From: Ignavibacteriota bacterium
GTDB taxonomy: Bacteria; Bacteroidota; Ignavibacteria; Palsa-1295
Assembly (NCBI GenBank): GCA_963787835.1
Contig: CAWBEI010000002.1
Coordinates: 1,280,001 to 1,344,000 of the forward strand
Direction of reading: 5' to 3'
Length of the DNA stretch: 64,000 nucleotides
Shown here piece by piece: positions 48,875 through 58,451 of this stretch. Within the stretch, counting starts at the first letter, position 1. Each line of letters starts with the position of its first letter. Under the pieces are notes generated by a model. That model saw only the letters and a list, made by a program, of their open reading frames with translations, was not told where the DNA came from and made no database searches. The translations under genes and the position numbers were made by a program.

Positions 48875-51445
48875 ATGAAGGTTCTCAACATTATCCCAAA
48901 ACTTTCTCTTCTCGCGCTTCTCCTCGCGATCGGTGCCATGTCCCCACATCAGGCAGCTTCTAAATCCCCCGGGAAGCTCGGAGGCGCCGATTCTACTGTA
49001 GCTAAACTCGTTCCCAAACCACCGGTCGATCCGGACAGCGGCAAAAGTGCATTCGCAAAACTGGTGGTGAAGAATCTTGGACCGGCAGTGAATTCATCTT
49101 ATGATGATTTTGCACCCACTGTTACAGCCGATGGTCGAACTATGTTCTTCGTATCTGATCGTCCAGGTGGACTTGGTTATCAGGATTTCTGGGAAACAAC
49201 AAGCCCGGAAAACAATGATACCACATGGGGTCCGCCGATCGATGTTACGGAGATCAATTCCGATCAGGCGGATGGCGCTGCGTCGATCGCAGCCGATGGC
49301 CAAACGATCTATTTTGCATCGAACCGTAATACAACGGTAAAGAACGACGTGAACATCTGGGTTGCTACACTCGATGGTATTCACTGGAAGAATGTACATG
49401 AGGTAGGTGCGCCTGTCAACACCACAGCATGGGAAACCCAGCCTGCTATTTCACCGGATGACAAGAAGCTTTTCTTTGCGTCCAACAGACCTGGAAAGAT
49501 TGGTAACGAGGATAAATCCAACGTCGATATTTTCGTCAGCCACCATCTTCCCGATGGCCGATGGAGTGATCCAGTAAATCTTGGTTCGAAGATCAATACC
49601 GGCCACTACGAAGGATCCCCATTTATGGCGGCCGATGGCACAACATTGTATTTTGCATCGGACGATCCGAACAGAGATCCGAATAACCCGGGGCTTGGTG
49701 GACTCGATATCTATCAGTCCGAATGGAAGGGACCAACCGATACAGACTGGACTATCCCCACACGCCTTCCTGCTCCGATCAATTCGGCTGCTAATGATTT
49801 CTTCCTTACCGTGCCAGCTTCCGGCAATGTGCTATTCTTTAGCAGCGACCGAGAAGGTGGCAGCGGTAAGCTCGATCTTTACGTCGCAACGAATCCTCCG
49901 GCGCCGAAGCCAACGTTGGTCTTGCATGGCCGTGCGTATGATGTCAACACGAAAGAGAATCTGACCGCTCACGTTGTGATCGTGGAAGCGCGGACGCACG
50001 ATACCATCTACGACAAGTTCACCAATAGCGCTACCGGCGAATATCTTGCTATTCTTCCAAGCGATGCCGATGGAAATCTCGGTGGCACCTATATCATCAG
50101 CGCCACAGAGCCAAATCACTTCCCGTACCCACCCACGAAAGAAGAGATCCCGCTGCGCAACGATAGTTCCAGAAGCATTACGCATGACATCCCGATGAAT
50201 AATGAGAATCCTCCGGTCGTGCATTGGGTGACCGAGGAGCCTCAGCTGCTAAAGGAAAAGCCTTCGCTTTTCCCGAACTTCAAGGGCGTCATCATTCGTG
50301 AGCAAAAGACGATCGACCTTTATGCGTTGCTCCCGATGCTCTTCTTCGATGCAGGAAACGGTTCACTTCCTTCGCGCTATGTATTATTCTCCAGCCCGCA
50401 ACAGACGCAGGGTTTTACCGAGGATACCATCACCGGTACTCTTAATGCATATTACAATTATCTAAATATTATTGGGCTTCGGATGCGCAATAACCCCTCA
50501 ACCACGATCGCCCTGACCGGTACGAACTCGCAGGATACCGATAATGAGATGTCGCTCGATCTTTCGCGTCAGCGTGCTGAATCGGTGAAAAAATATCTGG
50601 TGGAGATCTGGGGCATTCAGCCGGAGCGTATTTCGGTAAAGGCGCAGAAACTACCGGACAATCCAACCCTCGCGACCACGCCGGAAGGAATATTCGAAAA
50701 CCGCCGCGTAGAACTTACCAGCGATTCATGGGAGATCATTCATCCCGTGCTCCACAATAGTAATGTTAAACGTCCGGATGCCCCAACGGGAGGATTTAAA
50801 TGGGAGAACGGACTTCGTGACGAGACGATCCAGAGCCGCAGCCTTGAGGTCAGCTATCAGGGAAAACCCTGGGCTGAAATATCCGATCTCGGACCGAATT
50901 CAAAGCTGGAGTACAAAGGATTTAACTGGCGTTCCTCCGATGGGAAACTTCCGTCAGGCGAAGATAATATGTCTGTTCAGTTGAAGATGACCGATAAAGG
51001 CGGCCGCGAGGTTCTTTCCAATGTTGATCAGATCAGTGTAAAGCAGTTCTCCGTAAGTAATATCGTTGCAGAGCATTTAGCCGACAAGACTCGTGAGACG
51101 TATAATCTTATCCTTTTCACCTATAATAAGTCCGATATGGGGAAATGGAATCATAAGATACTCGATTCTTACGTGTATAACAGGATTCAGCCGAACTCGG
51201 ATGTATCGGTCAACGGATACACCGATATTTTAGGGACGGAAGACTACAATACGCGGCTTTCCACGAACAGAGCAAATGCCGTGAAGGCGGATATTGCCGG
51301 TCATATCAAGGGTAAGGTAAAGTCCCTGACGGCACATGGATATGGGAAAACCCAGCCGCTATATCCGAATGATCTGCCCGAAGGACGTTATTACAACCGA
51401 ACAGTTCAGGTTCTTGTGGAAACGCCTTTGGAGTCAAATCCGTAA
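48875..51445 (+). CDS. PorE-like protein: PD40/WD40 propeller, carboxypeptidase-regulatory-like domain and two OmpA C-terminal-like domains
   Basis: Repeated NLGPAVNS...FASNR/SDR.GG.G..D; LSRQRAESVK...NRRVEL; second copy GYTDILG...NTRLSTNRA...GYG...NRTVQV. Confidence 0.85.
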   Translation: MKVLNIIPKLSLLALLLAIGAMSPHQAASKSPGKLGGADSTVAKLVPKPPVDPDSGKSAFAKLVVKNLGPAVNSSYDDFAPTVTADGRTMFFVSDRPGGLGYQDFWETTSPENNDTTWGPPIDVTEINSDQADGAASIAADGQTIYFASNRNTTVKNDVNIWVATLDGIHWKNVHEVGAPVNTTAWETQPAISPDDKKLFFASNRPGKIGNEDKSNVDIFVSHHLPDGRWSDPVNLGSKINTGHYEGSPFMAADGTTLYFASDDPNRDPNNPGLGGLDIYQSEWKGPTDTDWTIPTRLPAPINSAANDFFLTVPASGNVLFFSSDREGGSGKLDLYVATNPPAPKPTLVLHGRAYDVNTKENLTAHVVIVEARTHDTIYDKFTNSATGEYLAILPSDADGNLGGTYIISATEPNHFPYPPTKEEIPLRNDSSRSITHDIPMNNENPPVVHWVTEEPQLLKEKPSLFPNFKGVIIREQKTIDLYALLPMLFFDAGNGSLPSRYVLFSSPQQTQGFTEDTITGTLNAYYNYLNIIGLRMRNNPSTTIALTGTNSQDTDNEMSLDLSRQRAESVKKYLVEIWGIQPERISVKAQKLPDNPTLATTPEGIFENRRVELTSDSWEIIHPVLHNSNVKRPDAPTGGFKWENGLRDETIQSRSLEVSYQGKPWAEISDLGPNSKLEYKGFNWRSSDGKLPSGEDNMSVQLKMTDKGGREVLSNVDQISVKQFSVSNIVAEHLADKTRETYNLILFTYNKSDMGKWNHKILDSYVYNRIQPNSDVSVNGYTDILGTEDYNTRLSTNRANAVKADIAGHIKGKVKSLTAHGYGKTQPLYPNDLPEGRYYNRTVQVLVETPLESNP

Positions 51446-51527
51446 AATCGACGAATAACGCCAATTTTATAGCTTTCTTCCAGACTTTCATGAATAGTAC
51501 AAAACCATAGATAAATTATTCATAATT

Positions 51528-51566
51528 TTTTTTTGTAACCCGAGCGACCCAGCGCGTTTTAACTAT
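51528..51566 (+). promoter_or_regulatory. Putative ECF-sigma promoter (TGTAAC-N15-CGTT) upstream of the IgGFc-binding T9SS protein
   Basis: TTTTTTTGTAACCCGAGCGACCCAGCGCGTTTTAACTAT; near-identical to 21847-21886 on the minus strand. Confidence 0.65.
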
Positions 51567-51787
51567 AAGGGGGATTCTGTGAACGGTGGGATTCGGTGAT
51601 CTGTGAATAGATCTTCGGAACTCAGCGGCGAAAATCTGACATTGATATTCATCCCGACAGGCCCCTTTTGAATCATAGTGAGCTTCAAGCGGTTCCTCTT
51701 TGGAGTGATCGCTTGTGGCAAAATGTATTAGGCTTTTACTAACTGCTTCTGCTTTTTAATTCGTAGTTTTCTTTTCTAAGCAAGACC

Positions 51788-54700
51788 ATGACACATTCTA
51801 ACTCTTTCGTTTCTTCCGCAGCGGGCGGCAGAGATCATACGTCCCCCATAATGCAGGCATCCTCCCGGATGCGTGTTGTGGTGTGGGCCGCGATGATCGT
51901 GCTGTTCTCGTCTGTGATGCTTTCAGGTACCGCATCGGCGCAGAACGCGCTGATCAACCACACCATCGTTAAATCCCACAATACCCCTCCTCCCGAAGGC
52001 CGTGATTTCTGGTTCGCCATGATGTCGAACTACTGGGGCGAGGATCTTGGCGGGAAGTATATGCGTATTTATATTACGTCTGCCAATAATTGCACGGCGT
52101 TCGTTGCCTCGAATGGTAATGTAACCCCCGTGCCGGTTCAGGCCTATCAGATCTCCAGTTTCAAAATTCCCGAGTTCTGGGAGATGGAGTCCAGTGGTAT
52201 CGTGGAGAACAAGGCAATCCATGTTTATTCGAACACCGCCGATCTTACGGTGTATGACATGTCTCACAATCCTTACACGTCCGATGGTTCGTATATCATT
52301 CCAACGATCGGCTGGGGCACGGATTATGTCGTAGCAGCCTATGGTTCGCTCTTCGAAGGTTCGGGTTCGTATGTGTATGATCTTCCTTCGACCCTTGCTG
52401 TTGTTGCCGATCAGGACAATACGATCATCACCATCACGCCGTCCGCCGATTGCCGCCAGTGCACAAGCGGAAATGACGCTGGTGATGCTAACTCGACGAT
52501 CGTCGTGTATCCGCAGGGCGTGCCCGTTCAGTTCCAGCTTAATCGCGGCCAAAGCTTGCAAATGATGCCTGTGAAGGCGCAAGATTGCGACTTCTATGAT
52601 ATGACCGGCACGATCATTCATGCGAATCAGCCCATCGGAGTTTCTGGCGGATCTGTCTGCCCGAATATCCCGTGCGACCATCCGTATTGCGATCACGTCG
52701 AGGACATGCTTCCTCCGATACGAACGTGGGCAGAAACGTACTATACGACGAATCCACAACAGCCGGAAGGTTCAACGGATGACTATGCACGCTACTGTTT
52801 TATTTCCTCCGTGCCAGGTCAGGAGATCGATCGCTACGATTACAACACCGGCAGTCATGTCGAATGTATTATCAGTAACCAATATGGTATTTACTGGGAT
52901 GAGCTTGAAGCCGCTCAAAAGTTTACAAGCGCTGAACCGTTCCTATGTGTATGGTACATCAATAGTGCTACCTACCCCAATGGAGCTAACGGCAATGGCG
53001 ATCCGGCAGAGTGTATCATCAATCCAAAAGAGCAGTACACGAAAACGGTCGTCTTTGAGACCCCTCAGAGCGTCGGTAATATCGTGCCTTACGATGATTA
53101 CGCAAATCTTATTTGCCGCGATAGCGATGCGAGATACACACTCTTCGATGGAAAAGGAATTCTCGGTCTCGGCGCGCAGCCTATTGACGATACCTTCGAG
53201 GTTTTCAATGTACCTCATATCGCCCCCGGTACACATACGGTCGTGCAGGATACTACAAAGGATCCCACTGCTGCTGGCGTAGGAGTTTATATCTACGGCT
53301 ACGGTTACGACGAATCCTATGCGTGGGCTGGCAGCTTTGGAACAGGAACGTTCCATTCGCCGGATACCATTTCCCCGCTTGCCGATACTACGGGGCATTG
53401 TTTCTCTGCTTACGTCCATGTAACTGATTCGGGTCTGTTGCCCGATGGCATAAATAAGCAAAGTGGCCTCGGTGAGATACGGCTGGACTCGGTCTATAAT
53501 ATGTCCTACATCCCCGATCCTAACTTTATCGAAGGCGCCGGACAGGATAGCAGCGATTATAGCATGTACGTCGTCGATGTAACTAAACCGGCCATACTCA
53601 TTATTGATGTCTATGATATTGCCGGTAACGAAACAAAGATCACGAGCGTCTATGAACCGCTTGTGGACAGCATGAAGCCGCCACTGCAAAATCTCGGCGT
53701 GTGGCAGACTGGAACGTCTCCAAATATAGCATACGACACACTCTACAATTTAGGAGTGCTCCCGCTCAAGCTTGACGAACTCCATCTTTTGTATGGCAAT
53801 GTCGGATTTTCGATATTTGACAGCATTGGCGGAGCGCTCGATCTGTCCCCGATCCCTCCGGGCCAGTATCGCCTGATCCAGATCCAATTTGAGGCATTAG
53901 TTCCGACCAAAGCGGTTGACAGCATAATCTATGGTAATGCCTGCAATCCTCAGTCGGTTGCGGTCATTGGCAGCGGTGGTGCTGCGGACTTCGTTGTCAC
54001 CAATCAAACGTGGCCGAACGAACCATTGGGTTACTGCTACCCGAAGACGGTCTCGATCGAGAATCTTTCTAAAGGTCAGATCACTATCGACAGTGCGTGG
54101 TGGTCAGATACCAAGCATTTCCAAGCCGTGAGTACATTCCCTGTCACGATTCCAGCTTCTCCTGCTAAGGTTAATTTTACGATCAACTATTGCCCCGATT
54201 CCGGTTCGCTGACTATGCATAATAGTACCGGAGGTAGTTGGTTCAGCCCGCAGGTTCTCAAGACGGATGGCAGCGGTCAGCAAGATCCTCGTTTCGACAG
54301 CTTGACCGGCTGGGCCGTTGCACCAAGCGCAGTATTCTATCAGGATACGACCATTACGCTTGATTGCCGGAAGACAAATGACACCATCACGGCGACCTTC
54401 ACGATCGCCGCGAAGGGGACGAGCCAGACTACGATCAGCCGCGTGTATCAAACCGATAATGTGGACTTCTTCAATCTTCAGGGTACGCTTAATAACAATA
54501 ACCTGACATGGGATCCGACGAAGACCGCGCAGGTGCTCGATACCGGCGAATCCGCGACGATCTCGGTGCAGTATATTGTCAAGGGGCAGCAGAATGGAAC
54601 TGTCATTGACCGACTGGTAGCATTCGATGGAAATGACAATATCATTGGAGATACCCTTCAAGTGACTATCAATTCCGTTTATAATGCCGGTATTTCACAA

Positions 54701-56299
54701 CCACCGATGACTACCATCGGGCCGTTACAGTATCAGACGACTCCGGCGCCTGGTGCGAACACAACGAGCTTTGTCATACAAAATACCGCGAATTCGCCGC
54801 TCCAGATCGATAAGATTTACTTCCTGCCAGCTCTTTACGATCCGGCATTCTCGTTTACGATCGCTACAGTGGGGTCGCCTTCTGTACCTGTGGACACCAG
54901 TACTTTCCCCTACACGTTAGCGGCAGGTCAGAGTTTACAGGTCACGGTGAACTTCAATGACTCGCTGTTCCCTGACCCGGTACAGGAGGTGCAGTTCGCA
55001 ATCAATACGAATAGCTGTACACCGTTTAGTGAGTTTGTTACGGCAACGGTTACGCATGTTAGCCCGACAACCTCCGGCTTCCTGGCAACGCCTATCCTGG
55101 CCTGCGACTCGCAGACGAACAACATTAAGATCCTTAATGGTGGACCGAGAACCGAAACGTTTGAGGATAGCGCCAAGGTGATCTCTGTGCAATGGATCGG
55201 TGCGGCCGGTGGTAAGTATTTCTCTACTACGCTTACACCGAACACTGTATTCCGTGGTACCATGAACTTCGGTCCTGGTCCTAACGGTTCGATCATTCCG
55301 ATTGCTATCCCGATTCCGGATACTACCTTGGTGCCGGTGACGTTCACTCCGAACTCAGGCAGCCCGGGAATAGTACCCTACACGGATTCGCTCGAGATCA
55401 CGTTCGTTAACAGCGATGGAGATACCTCGACGCAGATCATACCGGTAACAGGAATCGCCGGAACGGCGCTCGTATCGGCTAATTCGGTCATTGCGAACCA
55501 GACACATGTATCCGATGGTAAATCGGGCGTGGTTGGCGATGCGATGTCCATGCCGGCGAACGTATCGGTCATGATTCCGCCAGCGCTCAATGGCGTGACG
55601 GTCACTCAGTTGTCGATCACGGGTGTAGAGTTAACCTATATCATTCCAAATCGCGACCTTCTGACGCTTACAGGCTTCCAGCTCGATGGGACATTGTCGG
55701 GGTGGTTACCGAAGAAGACCTATGAGACCGCACCTGGTACGGGATTAGGCGCAGATACAATCGTATATCTGCTTACCGGCCCAACGCCATTGACTGCGAA
55801 TACCACCAGTTTCGGTACCTTCATGTTCTCGGTCGATCTGGATAAAGCCGGTAATAACACACCGGTTACGCTGCAATCCATGCAGCTCTTTACCGGCCCA
55901 AGCGGTTCTACTCCGGTTGGCGCTTGTATCGGCAACACGGTATCGAGTCAGGACTTCTCGCTCATTCTTGCCTGCGGCGATTCCACGCTCCGTACTGTTA
56001 TGAATGGACAAGGCGGGAACATCAGCTTCATTGGTGCGGCCACACCTGACCCGGTTACGTCTGGCAACGTAACGATGAAGTATGCGAATCTCGGTGCAGC
56101 CACGATGACACTTGCGATCTACGACGAACTCGGCAACAAGGTCGCTCGTCCAGTGAACAATGTGTATCAGAGCGCCGGTGCATGGCAGGTGACGGCCGAT
56201 GTATCGAAGCTCCCAAGCGGTACTTATACCTATCGCTTGAGCGGCAACAGCGCGACTGGACCGATGGTAGTCTCGAACCAATTCGTCATCCAGCGATAA
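51788..56299 (+). CDS. Large secreted protein: IgGFc-binding N-terminal domain, Ig-like (ASH) repeats, cohesin-like domain, T9SS type A CTD
   Basis: Signal ending ASA-Q; EGRDFWFA, SDGSYIIPTIGWGTDYVVAAY, DHVEDMLPP..TW, YIYGYGYDESYAW; C-terminus PDP...IYDELG...LPSGTYTYRL...QFVIQR. Confidence 0.85.
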   Translation: MTHSNSFVSSAAGGRDHTSPIMQASSRMRVVVWAAMIVLFSSVMLSGTASAQNALINHTIVKSHNTPPPEGRDFWFAMMSNYWGEDLGGKYMRIYITSANNCTAFVASNGNVTPVPVQAYQISSFKIPEFWEMESSGIVENKAIHVYSNTADLTVYDMSHNPYTSDGSYIIPTIGWGTDYVVAAYGSLFEGSGSYVYDLPSTLAVVADQDNTIITITPSADCRQCTSGNDAGDANSTIVVYPQGVPVQFQLNRGQSLQMMPVKAQDCDFYDMTGTIIHANQPIGVSGGSVCPNIPCDHPYCDHVEDMLPPIRTWAETYYTTNPQQPEGSTDDYARYCFISSVPGQEIDRYDYNTGSHVECIISNQYGIYWDELEAAQKFTSAEPFLCVWYINSATYPNGANGNGDPAECIINPKEQYTKTVVFETPQSVGNIVPYDDYANLICRDSDARYTLFDGKGILGLGAQPIDDTFEVFNVPHIAPGTHTVVQDTTKDPTAAGVGVYIYGYGYDESYAWAGSFGTGTFHSPDTISPLADTTGHCFSAYVHVTDSGLLPDGINKQSGLGEIRLDSVYNMSYIPDPNFIEGAGQDSSDYSMYVVDVTKPAILIIDVYDIAGNETKITSVYEPLVDSMKPPLQNLGVWQTGTSPNIAYDTLYNLGVLPLKLDELHLLYGNVGFSIFDSIGGALDLSPIPPGQYRLIQIQFEALVPTKAVDSIIYGNACNPQSVAVIGSGGAADFVVTNQTWPNEPLGYCYPKTVSIENLSKGQITIDSAWWSDTKHFQAVSTFPVTIPASPAKVNFTINYCPDSGSLTMHNSTGGSWFSPQVLKTDGSGQQDPRFDSLTGWAVAPSAVFYQDTTITLDCRKTNDTITATFTIAAKGTSQTTISRVYQTDNVDFFNLQGTLNNNNLTWDPTKTAQVLDTGESATISVQYIVKGQQNGTVIDRLVAFDGNDNIIGDTLQVTINSVYNAGISQPPMTTIGPLQYQTTPAPGANTTSFVIQNTANSPLQIDKIYFLPALYDPAFSFTIATVGSPSVPVDTSTFPYTLAAGQSLQVTVNFNDSLFPDPVQEVQFAINTNSCTPFSEFVTATVTHVSPTTSGFLATPILACDSQTNNIKILNGGPRTETFEDSAKVISVQWIGAAGGKYFSTTLTPNTVFRGTMNFGPGPNGSIIPIAIPIPDTTLVPVTFTPNSGSPGIVPYTDSLEITFVNSDGDTSTQIIPVTGIAGTALVSANSVIANQTHVSDGKSGVVGDAMSMPANVSVMIPPALNGVTVTQLSITGVELTYIIPNRDLLTLTGFQLDGTLSGWLPKKTYETAPGTGLGADTIVYLLTGPTPLTANTTSFGTFMFSVDLDKAGNNTPVTLQSMQLFTGPSGSTPVGACIGNTVSSQDFSLILACGDSTLRTVMNGQGGNISFIGAATPDPVTSGNVTMKYANLGAATMTLAIYDELGNKVARPVNNVYQSAGAWQVTADVSKLPSGTYTYRLSGNSATGPMVVSNQFVIQR

Positions 56300-56315
56300 C
56301 GATGTAATTTGGACA

Positions 56316-56349
56316 GCCCCTCTCCGAGGTTCATACTTCGGGGAGGGGC
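56316..56349 (+). terminator. GC-rich hairpin after the adhesin gene (terminator or stabiliser; no U tract)
   Basis: GCCCCTCTCCGAGGT-loop-ACTTCGGGGAGGGGC. Confidence 0.55.
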
Positions 56350-56382
56350 AACGTCCCACGAAAAAAGGCTTTCAATTATTTA

Positions 56383-57201
56383 ATGAACTACATCATGCGA
56401 ACTCGTCTCATAGTCCTTCTCTTTGCTTTCGGCGTTCTCGTTCTTGGCACTCGTGCTTCGGCGCAGAACATTATCCATCCTGAGGTTCAGACCGGCTTTT
56501 TGGTCGGGCCTATCGGTGGCATCAATCTCGTAGCGTACAATACCGATCAGTTCGGAATTCTCAACCTCGAACCGAGCTGCTTCACTGCCCAAAACGGGTC
56601 GGATGTTGCCGCCTGGGGCGGTGTATCGTTCGAGTTCCCAATGGGCAACCCGAACGAACTGCAAAGCTTCATCGTCGGTGAAGTATTGTACGATTCGAAA
56701 TCCTCGAAATTCTCGACACTGAATAATTCCGCAGTCGGAATTCCGACCAAGCTCAATGGCTATGTCGATCAGAATTCCTCTGTCACGACTGCACTCAGCG
56801 CGAACCTTGCGTATCTCGAAGTCAACCTTGCGTATAAATACAACTTTACGCCCGGCCCGGCTCCGGTAGGACCTGGTATCCAGGTTGGACCTGTTGTTGG
56901 AATTAAGATGACTTCGAATTTCAACAAGACCATTACGGTCTCGGCTATTAGCCCAAGTGCAACTGCGGACGGCCAGGCTTTAGACCAAACGGTTTCCTCC
57001 ACGTCCTCGATCACGGATGCTCAGGGGCTTCGCATCGCATTGCGTGCGGCGGCAACCTATGACATCTCGTTTTCCAACGATTGGGTAGCTACCCCGACCG
57101 TCGGTTACGATTTTCCGATCACGAAAGTGGATCCTGATCAGAACTGGCGGGCATCGGCTCTTTTTGCCGGTATCGCGTTCCGGTACTTCATCAAGGGATA
57201 A
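56383..57201 (+). CDS. Outer-membrane beta-barrel protein (PorT/OmpA-like barrel); start may be 56395
   Basis: Signal ending ASA-Q; amphipathic strands GPIGGINL, YLEVNLAYKYNF, LFAGIAFRYF. Confidence 0.75.
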   Translation: MNYIMRTRLIVLLFAFGVLVLGTRASAQNIIHPEVQTGFLVGPIGGINLVAYNTDQFGILNLEPSCFTAQNGSDVAAWGGVSFEFPMGNPNELQSFIVGEVLYDSKSSKFSTLNNSAVGIPTKLNGYVDQNSSVTTALSANLAYLEVNLAYKYNFTPGPAPVGPGIQVGPVVGIKMTSNFNKTITVSAISPSATADGQALDQTVSSTSSITDAQGLRIALRAAATYDISFSNDWVATPTVGYDFPITKVDPDQNWRASALFAGIAFRYFIKG

Positions 57202-57237
57202 TACTTCGATCACAAACAAGATTTTATCTTTGTGATA

Positions 57238-57274
57238 AATAAGCCCTCGCCTAAAAAGCGAGGGCTTATTTTTT
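57238..57274 (+). terminator. Rho-independent terminator
   Basis: AATAAGCCCTCGC-loop-GCGAGGGCTTATT followed by TTTT. Confidence 0.88.
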
Positions 57275-57314
57275 GCGGACTGTTCGTTCTACATTGATAA
57301 GAATCTGATAATAC

Positions 57315-58448
57315 ATGCAAAATCCCTGGAAAGAAGTAGAACGCCTCGGGCAAAGCCTGTGGTATGATAATTTAAGCCGCGAGTTTATTTCCGGCGGCAA
57401 GATCACTCGTATGATCGAGGAGCTTGGGCTTCGCGGTATCACGTCCAATCCATCTATTTTCGAGAAGTCGATCTCCGGCAGCGATGAGTACGATGCGGAT
57501 ATCGAGCAGGCCATTCATGATGGCCTGACAACCTCCGAGATCTACGAGCGCCTTACCACCGACGATGTGCGCAGCGCCGCCGATGTCATGCGTCCCGTCT
57601 TCGAGCGGACGAATGGCGTGGATGGATACGTTTCGATCGAGGTCGATCCCCGAATTGCCTCGAACACCGAAGAGACCACCCAATCCGCGCGCCGGTTGTG
57701 GAAAACAGTAGATCGTCCGAACGTGATGATAAAGATTCCCGGTACGCCGGAGGGCATTCCAGCTATTCGTCAATGCCTGTTGGAGGGGATCAATATTAAT
57801 ATTACGCTTCTGTTCGGCATCGAAAACTATTCGCAGGTTGCACAAGCCTATCTGGAAGCACTGCTTGAAAGAAAGGGACGCGGTGAGGATATATCCCACA
57901 TTGCAAGCGTGGCAAGCTTCTTTCTTTCGCGCGTCGATACGAATGTCGATCAAACGCTCAAAGCGAGAATTGCAGAGCTCAATGGATCAGGGGACCCGCT
58001 CAGGGCTTTGCTGGGCAAGGCTGCGGTCGCTAATGCAAAGTTGGCGTATGAGCGCTATCTTGGGATCTTCCACGGCCCGGAATTCGCCGACCTTAAAGAG
58101 GCCGGAGCCCGACCGCAACGCTGCCTGTGGGCGAGCGTCAGTACCAAGAACCCGAATTACAGCGATGTGATGTATATCGAGCCGCTCATCGGACCGGAGA
58201 CCGTAAGCACGGTTCCCGATGAAACAATAGCCGCTTTCGCACATCATGGTAAAGCGGCCGATACTCTTGCCACCGGAATTCCCGAAGCGCATGACATGAT
58301 CGAACAGTTACGAAAGCTCGGGATCGATACTGAGTCCGTGGCAAATGAACTGCAAGTCGATGGGGTCAAGAAATTCGCGGATGCCTTTGCATCCCTTGCA
58401 AACAATCTCGATAAAAAACGCAAAGATATTGAAGCGGAGTTAGCATAG
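57315..58448 (+). CDS. tal: Transaldolase (type found in Tal-Pgi fusions)
   Basis: GQSLWYDNL, GITSNPSIF, DGYVSIEVDP, Schiff-base MIKIPGT, SVASFFLSRVD, QRCLWAS. Confidence 0.95.
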   Translation: MQNPWKEVERLGQSLWYDNLSREFISGGKITRMIEELGLRGITSNPSIFEKSISGSDEYDADIEQAIHDGLTTSEIYERLTTDDVRSAADVMRPVFERTNGVDGYVSIEVDPRIASNTEETTQSARRLWKTVDRPNVMIKIPGTPEGIPAIRQCLLEGININITLLFGIENYSQVAQAYLEALLERKGRGEDISHIASVASFFLSRVDTNVDQTLKARIAELNGSGDPLRALLGKAAVANAKLAYERYLGIFHGPEFADLKEAGARPQRCLWASVSTKNPNYSDVMYIEPLIGPETVSTVPDETIAAFAHHGKAADTLATGIPEAHDMIEQLRKLGIDTESVANELQVDGVKKFADAFASLANNLDKKRKDIEAELA

Positions 58449-58451
58449 TTT

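Noticed and set aside
51923-53689. Long antisense or alternative-frame ORFs (278, 220 and 248 aa) within the adhesin gene
   Set aside because: Shadow ORFs arising from the codon bias of the 1503-aa gene.
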